NCBI GenBank assembly: GCA_040903985.1
Contig: JBBDUI010000002.1
Coordinates: forward strand, 599,633 to 663,632
Reading direction: 5' to 3'
From: Candidatus Saccharimonadales bacterium
GTDB lineage: Bacteria > Patescibacteriota > Saccharimonadia > QS-5-54-17
DNA length: 64,000 nucleotides
Within the stretch, counting starts at the first letter, position 1. Each line of letters starts with the position of its first letter. Below the pieces are notes generated by a model, which was given only the letters and a program-made list of their open reading frames with translations, was not told where the DNA came from and searched no databases. The position numbers and the translations under genes were made by a program. Of this stretch, positions 19,788-29,229 are shown piece by piece.

Positions 19788-20039
19788 CTAAGTAATCAAA
19801 TCTGCCGACAGATTAAATTGCCTTACTAAATCCTGTAACTTATAATTGTCTACATTGCCTTGGTTAGCGGTTAGAAATACACCAGCTATCCGGCACCAAA
19901 TGCTTAATTATCAAACTATGAACAAACCCTGACTACTTTATTGAAGCTGAGTATGGACAATAACCCTAGACTGCACAGTTGCGCCATCAACCATAACCGC
20001 TGTAGAGTATGGATATAACAAACGGTAGTAAAACATTCT

Positions 20040-21407
20040 ATGCCCCGCCTACCAATCCCCGGATCAGACGAAGGAACATGGGGTGATATCCTCAACGAGT
20101 TCCTCAGCGTCGAACTAGCTAGTGATGGCTCTCTCAAACGCGGTACCGAGCTAACCCAGAAGCTCAACCGTAGTGGCGACACCATGGGCGGCAATCTCAG
20201 TCTTGGTGGAAACCGTATCATCGGGTTAGCCGACCCCACCAACGCTACTGATGCGGCTACTAAGAACTATGTAGATACAGCTGATATAGCATCCCACACC
20301 ACCACCCACCAATCCGGCGGAACTGACGAACTGAACGTCGATGGCCTCTCCGGTGAATTAGCCGACCCTCAAATACCGAAAGGCCACTCACTGGGTGGTA
20401 TAGAACACAGTGCTACCACCCTGGCTGCCCTCAACGCCAAGCTCAGTGACGCCACCCTTGATGATGCCAGTGCTACTCGTACCCCAACTGAGCACGGTAA
20501 TGAAGCCCATTCCGCTACCTTCATCACGGCTGCCGAAGCCCCTGTTCAGTCCGTCAACGGTAACACCGGTATTGTTTCACTCGATGCCAGTGATGTAGGA
20601 GCTGATCCCTCCGGTACCGCTACCACAGCTGTTACTGATCATGAGGCAGCAGCAGATGCACATTCAGCTACCAGCATTGAGTTCGATCCGACCGGCCTTT
20701 CATACACTACAGCGATAGATGTCCAACAAGCCATCACCGAGCATGATCAGGCGATTGGTGATGGTACGTCGGGGCCGCCGCAGGTAGACACGTTCACAGC
20801 GTCGGGGACATGGGTCAAGCCGACCGGAGCGAAGCTTGTCGTTGCTCATGTCGTTGCTGCCGGTGGGGGAGGATCAGAACAGGATGGGTTCGGCGACGGT
20901 GGCGGAGGTGGGGGCGGGTCGCTACTCATTGTTGTATCCGCTGATGAACTTGATGCGACCGAGATAGTCACGGTCGGCTCAGGAGGGGCTGGTGCAACGG
21001 CCGGTGCATCGGCGGGTAATGGTGGCAGCAGCGCTTTCGCAGGCTACAGTGTCACCGGCGGGGGAGGATCGCGTAACCCTACAGGAAACAGCAAAGGTGG
21101 CGGGCACGACGGAGGTGCCGGCAGCTCTGGTGGAGCCCCCGTCGGTGCAGCTTTTGGTGGTGGTGGGGGGGGCCGGAGTTCGGGCTCGGCAATCCCTGGG
21201 GCTGGTTCGGTCTACGGCGGCGGCGGCGGTAGTACAAATGGAGCAGCCGGTGGGCCTTCGACGTTCGCTGGTGCAGGTGGTGTTGGGTCGACTGGCAGCG
21301 GAACGGGCGGTGCGGGCGGCATTCCCGGCGGCGGCGGCGGCGGGTCGCTGACTGGAACGGGCGGAGCAGGTGCCCGTGGCGAGGTTCGTATTACAACCTA
21401 CTTCTGA
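20040..21407 (+). CDS. RLPIPG-tag fibre-like protein 4 with fused glycine-rich tip (455 aa)
   Basis: MPRLPIPGSDEGTWGDILNEFL; DAATKNYVD; VQSVNGNTGIVSLDASDVGA tail-fibre repeat; FTASGTWVKP...GGAGARGEVRITTYF glycine-rich domain. Confidence 0.88.
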   Translation: MPRLPIPGSDEGTWGDILNEFLSVELASDGSLKRGTELTQKLNRSGDTMGGNLSLGGNRIIGLADPTNATDAATKNYVDTADIASHTTTHQSGGTDELNVDGLSGELADPQIPKGHSLGGIEHSATTLAALNAKLSDATLDDASATRTPTEHGNEAHSATFITAAEAPVQSVNGNTGIVSLDASDVGADPSGTATTAVTDHEAAADAHSATSIEFDPTGLSYTTAIDVQQAITEHDQAIGDGTSGPPQVDTFTASGTWVKPTGAKLVVAHVVAAGGGGSEQDGFGDGGGGGGGSLLIVVSADELDATEIVTVGSGGAGATAGASAGNGGSSAFAGYSVTGGGGSRNPTGNSKGGGHDGGAGSSGGAPVGAAFGGGGGGRSSGSAIPGAGSVYGGGGGSTNGAAGGPSTFAGAGGVGSTGSGTGGAGGIPGGGGGGSLTGTGGAGARGEVRITTYF

Positions 21408-21503
21408 TCGGGTTAGCATATGTGGTATGCGCAGTAATGATCGACAATGTCACCAGTCGTTCGCCTGTCCTCGAAATCGAATCTGGTATAAATAACGATA
21501 TTA

Positions 21504-21524
21504 ATTTATTGCAAAACGATAAAT
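21504..21524. promoter_or_regulatory. Probable operator (imperfect palindrome) upstream of the DUF2975-HTH operon
   Basis: ATTTATTG-caaaa-CGATAAAT. Confidence 0.5.
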
Positions 21525-21570
21525 AGTATGCAAGACTAGTCATAAGATAATTATAGAAAAGGTGCAATAG

Positions 21571-22032
21571 ATGAATCGAGGATCAACCATATTCTTAAGA
21601 CTAGTTATTCTTACAATCGGACTAGTAGTCCTGGCACTTTGTGTCTACGGGATTCCACAAGCACTTATGTCGGACGTTGGCGGGTATAGATTAATCCTAC
21701 TCGGTATGTATGTACCGGCTATTCCGTTTTTTATCGCTTTATACCAAGGGTTTAAGCTGCTAGATTATATCGATAAAAATCAAACTTTCTCGAACTCATC
21801 GACTAAAGTCCTAGGGAATATAAAGTACTGCGGGATTGTAATTAGCGGGCTATATGTACTGGGCATGCCGTATGTTCTCATCGTCGCTGAGCGAGATGAC
21901 GCTCCGGGAGTAGTACTAATCGGGCTTATCATTATTGGTGCTTCCCTCGTCATTGCCGCCGCAGCTGGCCTATTCCAGCGCTTACTTCAGAATGCTATCG
22001 ATATAAAGTCTGAAAACGACCTGACGGTCTAG
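21571..22032 (+). CDS. DUF2975-family membrane protein
   Basis: TM helices, DDAPG, C-terminal AIDIKSENDLTV. Confidence 0.9.
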   Translation: MNRGSTIFLRLVILTIGLVVLALCVYGIPQALMSDVGGYRLILLGMYVPAIPFFIALYQGFKLLDYIDKNQTFSNSSTKVLGNIKYCGIVISGLYVLGMPYVLIVAERDDAPGVVLIGLIIIGASLVIAAAAGLFQRLLQNAIDIKSENDLTV

Positions 22033-22038
22033 GAGTAG

Positions 22039-22266
22039 ATGATGGCGATAATCATTAACATCGATGTCATGCTCGCAAAGCGTAAGATGAGCGTGACGGA
22101 ACTAGCGGAGAAGGTAGGCATCACTCTGGCGAATATCTCTATTTTAAAGAATGGCAAGGCAAAAGCGGTGCGGCTGTCGACCTTGGAGGCAATTTGTGAA
22201 GCGCTTGGATGCCAACCGGGAGATATACTAGAGTATCGCAATAATGAAACGAAAGAAGAGGCTTAA
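22039..22266 (+). CDS. Cro/C1-type HTH regulator (YozG-like)
   Basis: IDVMLAKRKMSVTELAEKVGITLANISILK...CQPGDILE. Confidence 0.92.
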   Translation: MMAIIINIDVMLAKRKMSVTELAEKVGITLANISILKNGKAKAVRLSTLEAICEALGCQPGDILEYRNNETKEEA

Positions 22267-22268
22267 TA

Positions 22269-22574
22269 ATGGAGAATAATACCCAAGTTATAGGAAAGAG
22301 AAACATAATCCGTATCGTGCTGGGAACTGCACTCATCCTGCTCATTCCGCTTATCGCGATGCAATTCACTGATGAAGTAGACTGGAAGCTATTTGATTTC
22401 GTTATTATCGGCATACTGCTGCTTGGTACTGGATTCACCTATGAATTGCTAGCGAGCAAGATGAAAGCTCCGGCTCAGCGAGCGATGCTCGCGCTTGTGC
22501 TCGTAACACTGCTCTTTCTAATCTGGGCAGAGCTGGCTGTCGGTATCTTTGGCTCACCATTTGCGGGGTCGTAG
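22269..22574 (+). CDS. Membrane protein
   Basis: Three TM segments; PLIAMQFTDEVDW and WAELAVG motifs. Confidence 0.8.
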   Translation: MENNTQVIGKRNIIRIVLGTALILLIPLIAMQFTDEVDWKLFDFVIIGILLLGTGFTYELLASKMKAPAQRAMLALVLVTLLFLIWAELAVGIFGSPFAGS

Positions 22575-22593
22575 AAGTAGGAAAATCTCGTTA

Positions 22594-22842
22594 GTGAATG
22601 GATCTTTAACGTCTAATGAAGTGATTAGCTGGATATTTGGCGTGGTATTCGCGGTAATCGGGGTACTGAATTTGATATTGGTGCATGTTGTGCCGGGAGT
22701 CTTTTATCTCTTTTTATCCCTCATATATTTTCCGGCGAAAAGTATTTTTGCAGGAATAAAATTCAATAATCGTATTCCACTAAGAGTCAAAATTATAATC
22801 GGACTGATGGTTCTCTGGGGGACTTTAGCTGTGGGGAGCTGA
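22594..22842 (+). CDS. Small membrane protein, possibly degenerate
   Basis: Hydrophobic ORF; start uncertain (GTG 22594 preferred over TTG 22549). Confidence 0.45.
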   Translation: MNGSLTSNEVISWIFGVVFAVIGVLNLILVHVVPGVFYLFLSLIYFPAKSIFAGIKFNNRIPLRVKIIIGLMVLWGTLAVGS

Positions 22843-23001
22843 CAGAGATGTTTGGTCTATAATTCTGCACAGTTTAGCATCTCGCCTAAGCTAAATGGGT
22901 AGACATCATCTACTCATCGGCCTATAACTATAGCTATAAGGTCTCTAACTGGCCATAAAGCTTTTCATAAAGTAACAATTCAATAATCAAGGAGATTCAC
23001 C

Positions 23002-23643
23002 ATGGCACTACTGACTAAATCATACCCGGCTCGACTAGATATCGACTACCCTAAAGAACTGGACCGTTTTACTACTTTCGTCCGTATCTTGTGGGCAATT
23101 CCGATTGTAGTAATTCTTTTATTGCTCACTGCGACCGGTGACGAAACTATAGTTAATGAGGCCGGTAAAGAGGTAGCGACTAGTAGCGGCGGCATCGTAA
23201 GCGGCTTGTTCGTAGCGACTGCGCTCATGATTTTGTTTAGGCAGCGTTATCCCCGCTGGTGGTTTAACTTCGCTCTAGAGCTCAACCGTTTCAGCACGCG
23301 AGTAGGTGCGTACCTACTTTTGCTTACCGATAGCTACCCGTCTACCGTCGATAAACAATCTGTCCAGCTCGATCTTGACTATCCTAACGTCAAGAAGAAG
23401 CTGAACCGGTGGTTGCCATTAGTGAAGTGGCTATTAGCCCTACCGCACTACATAGTATTGATCGTGCTGGCAGTGGGCGTGGTATTAGCCACCATCGTGG
23501 CTTGGTTTGCCATTCTCTTTACAGGTCGTTATCCGCGAGCGCTGTTTGACTATGTGGTTGGAGTAATTCGCTGGGCGTGGCGAGTTGATGCTTACGCCTT
23601 TCTCCTAGTTACGGATGAATATCCACCCTTCCGTCTGTCTTAG
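23002..23643 (+). CDS. DUF4389-family membrane protein
   Basis: Duplicated ILFxxRYP...W..RV.AY..L.TD.YP motif; AAGGAG RBS. Confidence 0.88.
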   Translation: MALLTKSYPARLDIDYPKELDRFTTFVRILWAIPIVVILLLLTATGDETIVNEAGKEVATSSGGIVSGLFVATALMILFRQRYPRWWFNFALELNRFSTRVGAYLLLLTDSYPSTVDKQSVQLDLDYPNVKKKLNRWLPLVKWLLALPHYIVLIVLAVGVVLATIVAWFAILFTGRYPRALFDYVVGVIRWAWRVDAYAFLLVTDEYPPFRLS

Positions 23644-23795
23644 GCTACTGCTCGTATAGTCTAGTTCGACACTTCAAGGAGATAGTCTCAGGCATGCTTA
23701 TTTATAGTGTAGTAGTTAGATAAACTAGGCTGAGAGCCAGTTTTATACTACGCTTGTGCTTGACGAATAGCGCGCCTAGGTTCTTAATCTCAGTT

Positions 23796-24296
23796 ATGAC
23801 ACATCCAGATACTTCTAGGTCAATCGAGTCGGTAACAGCTGTAAGCGCAGAATCATTTCATCCGCACTTAAGCGCCGAAGAAACAGTACTTGAAGTTGCT
23901 GAACTAAACTTATCTTACCTACAGCCGGATTATGAGTTGCTCTTTAGTAGTGAGCTTTCTGATGGAAACCACCTGTACTACATGCGTGTTTTGTCTATTA
24001 GTGAAGGCGGTAATCCCAGAGTGGTGCTAAGAGAAGTGCGAGATAATCGTTCACCTTCAGGCCTATGTGCAATTCTACCCCAGGATACTTTGGATATAGC
24101 GTTAGTGATGGGTGGGTGTGAACGCATCGATCCAGGATGGGGAGCGGCTGAGGGCGTAGAGTCAGGCTGGTTGAGAGTGGGGATGCGAGCTTGGTATCTC
24201 AAGCCTATGCTTATAGATTCCGTGACACAGGACTTTTTGAAAGTAGAAGAGGCTGCTTCACCGCCGATTCAGAGAATAGCGTTTGTAGAAAACTAG
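23796..24296 (+). CDS. Hypothetical protein
   Basis: ORF fills the gap before tRNA-Leu; ATG 23796 preferred. Confidence 0.6.
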   Translation: MTHPDTSRSIESVTAVSAESFHPHLSAEETVLEVAELNLSYLQPDYELLFSSELSDGNHLYYMRVLSISEGGNPRVVLREVRDNRSPSGLCAILPQDTLDIALVMGGCERIDPGWGAAEGVESGWLRVGMRAWYLKPMLIDSVTQDFLKVEEAASPPIQRIAFVEN

Positions 24297-24300
24297 CTAA

Positions 24301-24386
24301 TGGTGCCCGGGGTGGGACTCGAACCCACATGCCGGTTAGGCACGAAATTTTAAGTTTCGCGTGTAAACCAATTCCACCACCCGGGC
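24301..24386 (-). tRNA. tRNA-Leu(TAA)
   Basis: 86 nt, long variable arm, anticodon loop CTTAAAA, CCA. Confidence 0.96.
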
Positions 24387-24504
24387 ATATGAAATTACAC
24401 TCAGGCAAAACGTTACTGTTCTGCCTGATTAAGGAAGGATAGCGAAAAGTTGGAGCAATGAAAAGTGTACTTAGCATCGCGTAAACTGATAGCTTATCCT
24501 AACG

Positions 24505-24578
24505 TGGAGGCGCGTACCGGATTTGCACCGGTGTACAGGGTTTTGCAGACCCTTGCCTAACTCCTCGGCCAACGCGCC
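24505..24578 (-). tRNA. tRNA-Cys(GCA)
   Basis: 74 nt, anticodon loop CTGCAAA, U73 discriminator, CCA; T-loop TGCAAAT. Confidence 0.93.
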
Positions 24579-24688
24579 GTAGCTGACGGCTACTTAATGG
24601 TATATCAATCTATACACGAGCGCCAACCAGAGCTGGATATGGGGACTTACAGATGCTATAATATGGCCAAACTAAGAGGTATAAAATC

Positions 24689-25237
24689 ATGTGGATCGCT
24701 ATCACGATTATCGCCGTTGTACTGGTCGCTATAGTATTTATTTATAACAGTCTGGTACGGGCTAATGTGCGGACTGAAGAGGCGTGGAGCGATATCACTG
24801 TGCAGCTCAAACGCCGTCTAGACCTCATCCCTAACCTGGTTAACACCGTTAAAGGCTATGCCTCGCATGAGAAAGAGGTCTTTGAGAAGGTGACTCAAGC
24901 TCGGGCGCAAGCGCTTAACGCTAGTGGCGTAAAAGAGACCGCTGAAGCTGAGAATCAGTTCGAGGGAGCCCTGAAGAGTCTATTTGCCGTCGCTGAAGCC
25001 TATCCGGACCTTAAGGCTAGTGATAACTTCCGTGAGTTACAGACTGAGCTGGTCGACACTGAGAATAAGATTCAGGCCGCCCGTCGTTTCTACAACGGTG
25101 CAGTACGTGATCTCAATATTAAGACTCAGGTGTTCCCGACCAATTTAATCGCTGGTATGTTGGGCTTTACGGAGAAGGAATTCTTCGAAGTTGAAGACAT
25201 GGCCACCGTCCGTGAGCCGGTCGACGTCCAGTTCTAA
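24689..25237 (+). CDS. lemA: LemA family protein
   Basis: YNSLV...[13 protein letters not shown]...[11 protein letters not shown]...ARRFYN. Confidence 0.96.
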   Translation: MWIAITIIAVVLVAIVFIYNSLVRANVRTEEAWSDITVQLKRRLDLIPNLVNTVKGYASHEKEVFEKVTQARAQALNASGVKETAEAENQFEGALKSLFAVAEAYPDLKASDNFRELQTELVDTENKIQAARRFYNGAVRDLNIKTQVFPTNLIAGMLGFTEKEFFEVEDMATVREPVDVQF

Positions 25238-25274
25238 TTAGAGTAGTTAATTAATACTAAAGAGGTGTGACTAG

Positions 25275-26168
25275 GTGTATTCCGCAGTCCGAAAAAACAA
25301 ACTGAAGACCGTACTTATCATCTTCGCCTTTGTGCTACTGATGAGTGCGCTGGGATGGGTAATCTCCGTTACTCTTGATACCCCGGGTTTCTTTATCCCG
25401 ATGTTGATTTTCGCCATTACTTACGCTGGGATTAGTTACTTCGCTAGTGCGAAGATGGCGATCGCTATGACTGGGGCCAAACCGGTAACAGCTCAGGAGG
25501 CTCCCCGCCTGTATAAGATAGTAGAGAACTTAAGCATTAGTGCCGGTATGCCGATGCCTAAGATTTATATCGTTAACGACCCGGCCCCCAATGCCTTTGC
25601 CACCGGGCGAGATCCGGAGCACGGCGTGGTAGCTGCTACGACTGGCATCCTCGATATATTAGACGATAGCGAGCTTGAAGGAGTGATGGCCCATGAGCTC
25701 AGTCATGTCCAGAACTATGACATTCGGGTCACTAGTATCGTTATCGCTCTCGTGACGATTATCGCTTTCGTTAGTGATTGGTTACTGAGAATCGGAATGT
25801 TCGGCGGTCTTGGCGATCGAGACTCGCGGGCGGGGGGAGTAATGCTGCTGGTCAGTATCGTAGCGGCCATCATCGCACCCTTAATCGCGATGATGCTGCA
25901 GCTGGCCGTCTCCCGGAAGCGAGAATTTCTCGCAGACGCGTCAGGAGCGTTAATGACCCGCTATCCGGAAGGACTAGCTAGCGCTTTGCAGAAGATTGAA
26001 AGTTCGGCTCGACCTATGCGTAAGGCCAACAACGCTACGGCTCACCTCTTTCTGGCCAATCCTTTCGGCCGGGAAAAGCGCGGCCAGTTCGTACGTAAGT
26101 TATTCAGTACTCACCCACCGACGGCCGATCGTGTGGCTCAGCTGAATCAAATGGGAACTGAGCTTTGA
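25275..26168 (+). CDS. htpX: Zinc metalloprotease HtpX (M48)
   Basis: PNAFATG, AHELSH, SRKREFLAD, FSTHPP. Confidence 0.95.
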   Translation: MYSAVRKNKLKTVLIIFAFVLLMSALGWVISVTLDTPGFFIPMLIFAITYAGISYFASAKMAIAMTGAKPVTAQEAPRLYKIVENLSISAGMPMPKIYIVNDPAPNAFATGRDPEHGVVAATTGILDILDDSELEGVMAHELSHVQNYDIRVTSIVIALVTIIAFVSDWLLRIGMFGGLGDRDSRAGGVMLLVSIVAAIIAPLIAMMLQLAVSRKREFLADASGALMTRYPEGLASALQKIESSARPMRKANNATAHLFLANPFGREKRGQFVRKLFSTHPPTADRVAQLNQMGTEL

Positions 26169-26932
26169 CAGCGCAGGCAGCGACTCGCCCTTTACCAACG
26201 GCCCGCCGACTGGCAAGAGTCGGTTTTGCGCGCTGGCGCTCGCTTATAACTTCACTTACCTTAGTCGCTTTGGTGGCGGTAGCTGTCGATTTCTTTATCG
26301 TTACTTCGTCCGATACAGCTACGTTTGCCGGCGAGATCTGGTTCGCCATTATCATGAGTGTACTTATCTGGCGTATTGCTAAAACTACAGATAAGCAGCA
26401 ACCAAATTTACGCCAGACATTCTATAGTGGTTCACGCGATTTCATCAAACAACTCTTAGTGCTACTAGTTTGGATACTCTACCTTATACCGTTCGCAGTC
26501 GGTGGGTTGTTTGTGGAGCAGGTGATGCGCTATCAGTTTGGCGCCTCAACACCGGAGCAGGTAGTAGCTAGCGTAGTCTGGTTCTTACTAGCCAGTCTAA
26601 GCCTATACTGGCTACTGCGTTCTTGGTTAGCACCGCTTTACGTGGCAGATAAGAGTCCGGTTGCAGCAATCAAGGCCGCCTGGGGCTTCAGCCGCAAACG
26701 TTTGTGGTGGCTGGCTCGCAGTGTGGGATTGGCCGTACTGATTGCTACAGTTCCATTAATCCTCGCTGTAGTACTACTCTATGTGCCGGCTTTAAATAAT
26801 GATTGGATGGTACTTGTCATCAATCTGCTGACGCGGTTTATACTAATCGCCTTCTCGCTAGCCTACTTGATAGCTGTAACTTATGAGATCAAACGACATG
26901 GCCCTCCAGTCCAACCAAAACGAAAAAGATAA
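26165..26932 (+). CDS. Multi-pass membrane protein
   Basis: About six hydrophobic segments; overlaps the htpX stop. Confidence 0.75.
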   Translation: MTAQAATRPLPTARRLARVGFARWRSLITSLTLVALVAVAVDFFIVTSSDTATFAGEIWFAIIMSVLIWRIAKTTDKQQPNLRQTFYSGSRDFIKQLLVLLVWILYLIPFAVGGLFVEQVMRYQFGASTPEQVVASVVWFLLASLSLYWLLRSWLAPLYVADKSPVAAIKAAWGFSRKRLWWLARSVGLAVLIATVPLILAVVLLYVPALNNDWMVLVINLLTRFILIAFSLAYLIAVTYEIKRHGPPVQPKRKR

Positions 26933-28937
26933 GGCTAAAGCCCGCATAGTCAAACTCCGGCAGTTGATCGATGAGTACCGCCACGAATACCACGTGAATG
27001 ATCGTTCGATCATGAGCGAGGCGGCGGCCGATAGTCTCAAACACGAACTCACCGAGTTGGAAGAGCGTTATCCAGACCTGGTCACCATGGATTCACCGAC
27101 GCAGCGCGTGGCCGGCACGCCACTGCCACAGTTTAGTTCTGTAGCACACCGCTGGCCCATGCTGAGCTTAAATGATGTCTTCGATGCTAGTGAGCTAGAG
27201 TCATGGCAGCAGCGGGTAGAAAAGCTACTACCGGGAGAGAAGACAACCTATTTCATCGATCTCAAAATGGACGGTCTGGCCTGTTCACTAGTTTATGAGT
27301 ATGGACTGTTAGTGCGAGCGGTGACACGAGGTGATGGCAAGAACGGTGAAGATGTCACTCAGAATGCACGGACGATTAATTCAGTACCATTGCGTCTGCG
27401 AGAGGATGCTAGTAGACACCTGCTGCAGGGCTACACTGAGGTACGGGGTGAGATCGTTATGTATAAAGCCGACTTCGAGCAGTTAAATCGGGTGCGTGCA
27501 GTAGAAGGCCAGGCGTTGTTTGCTAATCCGCGCAATCTAGCGGCTGGAACTATGCGCCAGCTGGATGCCACGCTTGTAGCAGCGCGACCGTTACAGTTTC
27601 ATGCTTACGATTTACTGCGAGAGGATATGGACGATGTTCCGACTAGCGCAGCTAGTTATGAGTATTTACGTGAATTGGGCTTCAACGTTAATACTCAGGC
27701 TCAGCCAGCCAGTAATATAGCTGCGTTGCTCGAGTTTGCTGAACAGTGGCAGGAGAAGCGTCTCGATCTACCTTTCCATACTGATGGGTTAGTGATTAAA
27801 GTGAATGACCGCGAACAGTTCGATCGATTAGGTGTGGTGGGCAAGGCGCCACGGGGTGCCGTAGCTTATAAGTATCCGGCTGAGCAGGCTACTACGGTAG
27901 TGAAAGATATCGTCATCAGTATAGGTCGGACCGGTGCGGCGACGCCGGTGGCTGTTTTTGATCCCGTCGTAGTGGCCGGTACCACGGTGCAACATGCTAG
28001 TTTGCATAATGCTGATGAGATCGCCCGCAAAGATGTTCGTATAGGAGATACGGTAATCATCTATAAGGCCGGTGATATCATTCCTCAGGTCGAGCGTGTG
28101 CTGCCTGAGCTGCGACCAAATGGGACTAAGGCCTTTGATTTTTCCGCTGCACTAGCTCGTCAACACCCCGATTTAGAGTTTGAGCGACCAAGCGGTGAGG
28201 TGGTGACGCGAGTCAAAGGAGCTACCGGTCCGCTACTACTTAAACGAGCGCTTCGTCATTTCGCGAGTAAAGGGGCACTGGATATCGATGGTCTGGGCGA
28301 GAAGAATGCCATAGCCCTGGTAGATGCCGGTTTAATACAAGACTTAGCCGATGTGTACACGTTGGATAAGGAGAAGTTACTGGAGCTGGAGCGATTTGCT
28401 GAAATCTCAGCCGAGAAATTAGTCCAGGCGGTTAACCGAGCTAAACGGCCAGCGTTGCACCGTTTTATCTATGCTCTAGGCATTCGTCATGTCGGTGCGC
28501 AGACGGCGATCGATCTGGCTAATCACTTCGGCTCATTAGAGCGCTTGTCTCAAGCTACGCTGGACGATCTAAGTGCAGTTGATGGAGTGGGTCAGGTGGT
28601 AGCTGAGTCGATCGTGGGATGGTTTGGTGATGCGGATAATTTGAGCATGTTGGAGAAGTTTAAACAGTTGAATGTGGAGCCAGTGCAGGCATTAACTGCC
28701 GGAGGCTCCTTAGAGGGTAAGACTTTTGTTATCACTGGTAGCTTAGGGGAGATGAGCCGGGAAGAGGCGGCAGAGCGGATTCGTGCACTTGGAGGTAAGG
28801 TTACCGCTAGTGTATCGGCACAGACCAGTTATTTGGTGGCAGGAGAGAAGCCAGGGTCTAGTAAGGTCAAGCAGGCCGAAGATCATGGTACGGAACAGAT
28901 AGATGAGCAGGGATTACTAGAATTGCTCAAAGATTAG
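26898..28937 (+). CDS. ligA: NAD-dependent DNA ligase
   Basis: KMDG adenylation motif, TRGDG, EVRGE, FANPRN, HhH and BRCT domains. Confidence 0.97.
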   Translation: MALQSNQNEKDKAKARIVKLRQLIDEYRHEYHVNDRSIMSEAAADSLKHELTELEERYPDLVTMDSPTQRVAGTPLPQFSSVAHRWPMLSLNDVFDASELESWQQRVEKLLPGEKTTYFIDLKMDGLACSLVYEYGLLVRAVTRGDGKNGEDVTQNARTINSVPLRLREDASRHLLQGYTEVRGEIVMYKADFEQLNRVRAVEGQALFANPRNLAAGTMRQLDATLVAARPLQFHAYDLLREDMDDVPTSAASYEYLRELGFNVNTQAQPASNIAALLEFAEQWQEKRLDLPFHTDGLVIKVNDREQFDRLGVVGKAPRGAVAYKYPAEQATTVVKDIVISIGRTGAATPVAVFDPVVVAGTTVQHASLHNADEIARKDVRIGDTVIIYKAGDIIPQVERVLPELRPNGTKAFDFSAALARQHPDLEFERPSGEVVTRVKGATGPLLLKRALRHFASKGALDIDGLGEKNAIALVDAGLIQDLADVYTLDKEKLLELERFAEISAEKLVQAVNRAKRPALHRFIYALGIRHVGAQTAIDLANHFGSLERLSQATLDDLSAVDGVGQVVAESIVGWFGDADNLSMLEKFKQLNVEPVQALTAGGSLEGKTFVITGSLGEMSREEAAERIRALGGKVTASVSAQTSYLVAGEKPGSSKVKQAEDHGTEQIDEQGLLELLKD

Positions 28938-28996
28938 ATAGTTCGTATACTATACATTGTCTCCATAGCGATATGGCTAAAAGCATTACTTTTCAA

Positions 28997-29073
28997 GGGG
29001 CATTAGCTCAGTTGGCTAGAGCGCTTCGCTGGCAGTGAAGAGGTCGTCGGTTCGAATCCGACATGCTCCACCA
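28997..29073 (+). tRNA. tRNA-Ala(GGC)
   Basis: 77 nt, G3:U70, anticodon loop CTGGCAG, CCA. Confidence 0.97.
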
Positions 29074-29079
29074 AGAAAA

Positions 29080-29108
29080 GAGTCTCGGCGTCAGCCGGGG
29101 CTTTTTTC
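29080..29108 (+). terminator. Intrinsic terminator after tRNA-Ala
   Basis: AGTCTCGGC-gtca-GCCGGGGCT followed by a T run. Confidence 0.7.
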
Positions 29109-29229
29109 TTGGAATAAATATGATGAGAACCGACCAGACCGCCGCCGTGGCGGGCCGGTGCGATAGAGAAGGAATCAATTCTATTACGAACCTATCATCC
29201 AAAGGCTATACGAATGGTACACTATACCT

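Larger units (their letters stand above)
8060..19900. mobile_element. Serine-integrase genomic island integrated at the tRNA-Gly 3' end
   Basis: Integrase abuts the tRNA; direct repeat GCACCAAA at 8060-8067 and 19893-19900 (CC[C/G]GCACCAAA, 10/11); visibly AT-richer than flanks; restriction/nuclease cargo. Confidence 0.85.

Noticed and set aside
19916-21419. Antisense and alternate-frame ORFs over RLPIPG gene 4, and GGC runs as microsatellites
   Set aside because: Shadows of a glycine-rich coding sequence; the GGC runs encode poly-Gly.
24191-24477. ORFs 24191..24442 and 24211..24477
   Set aside because: They overlap tRNA-Leu; spurious.
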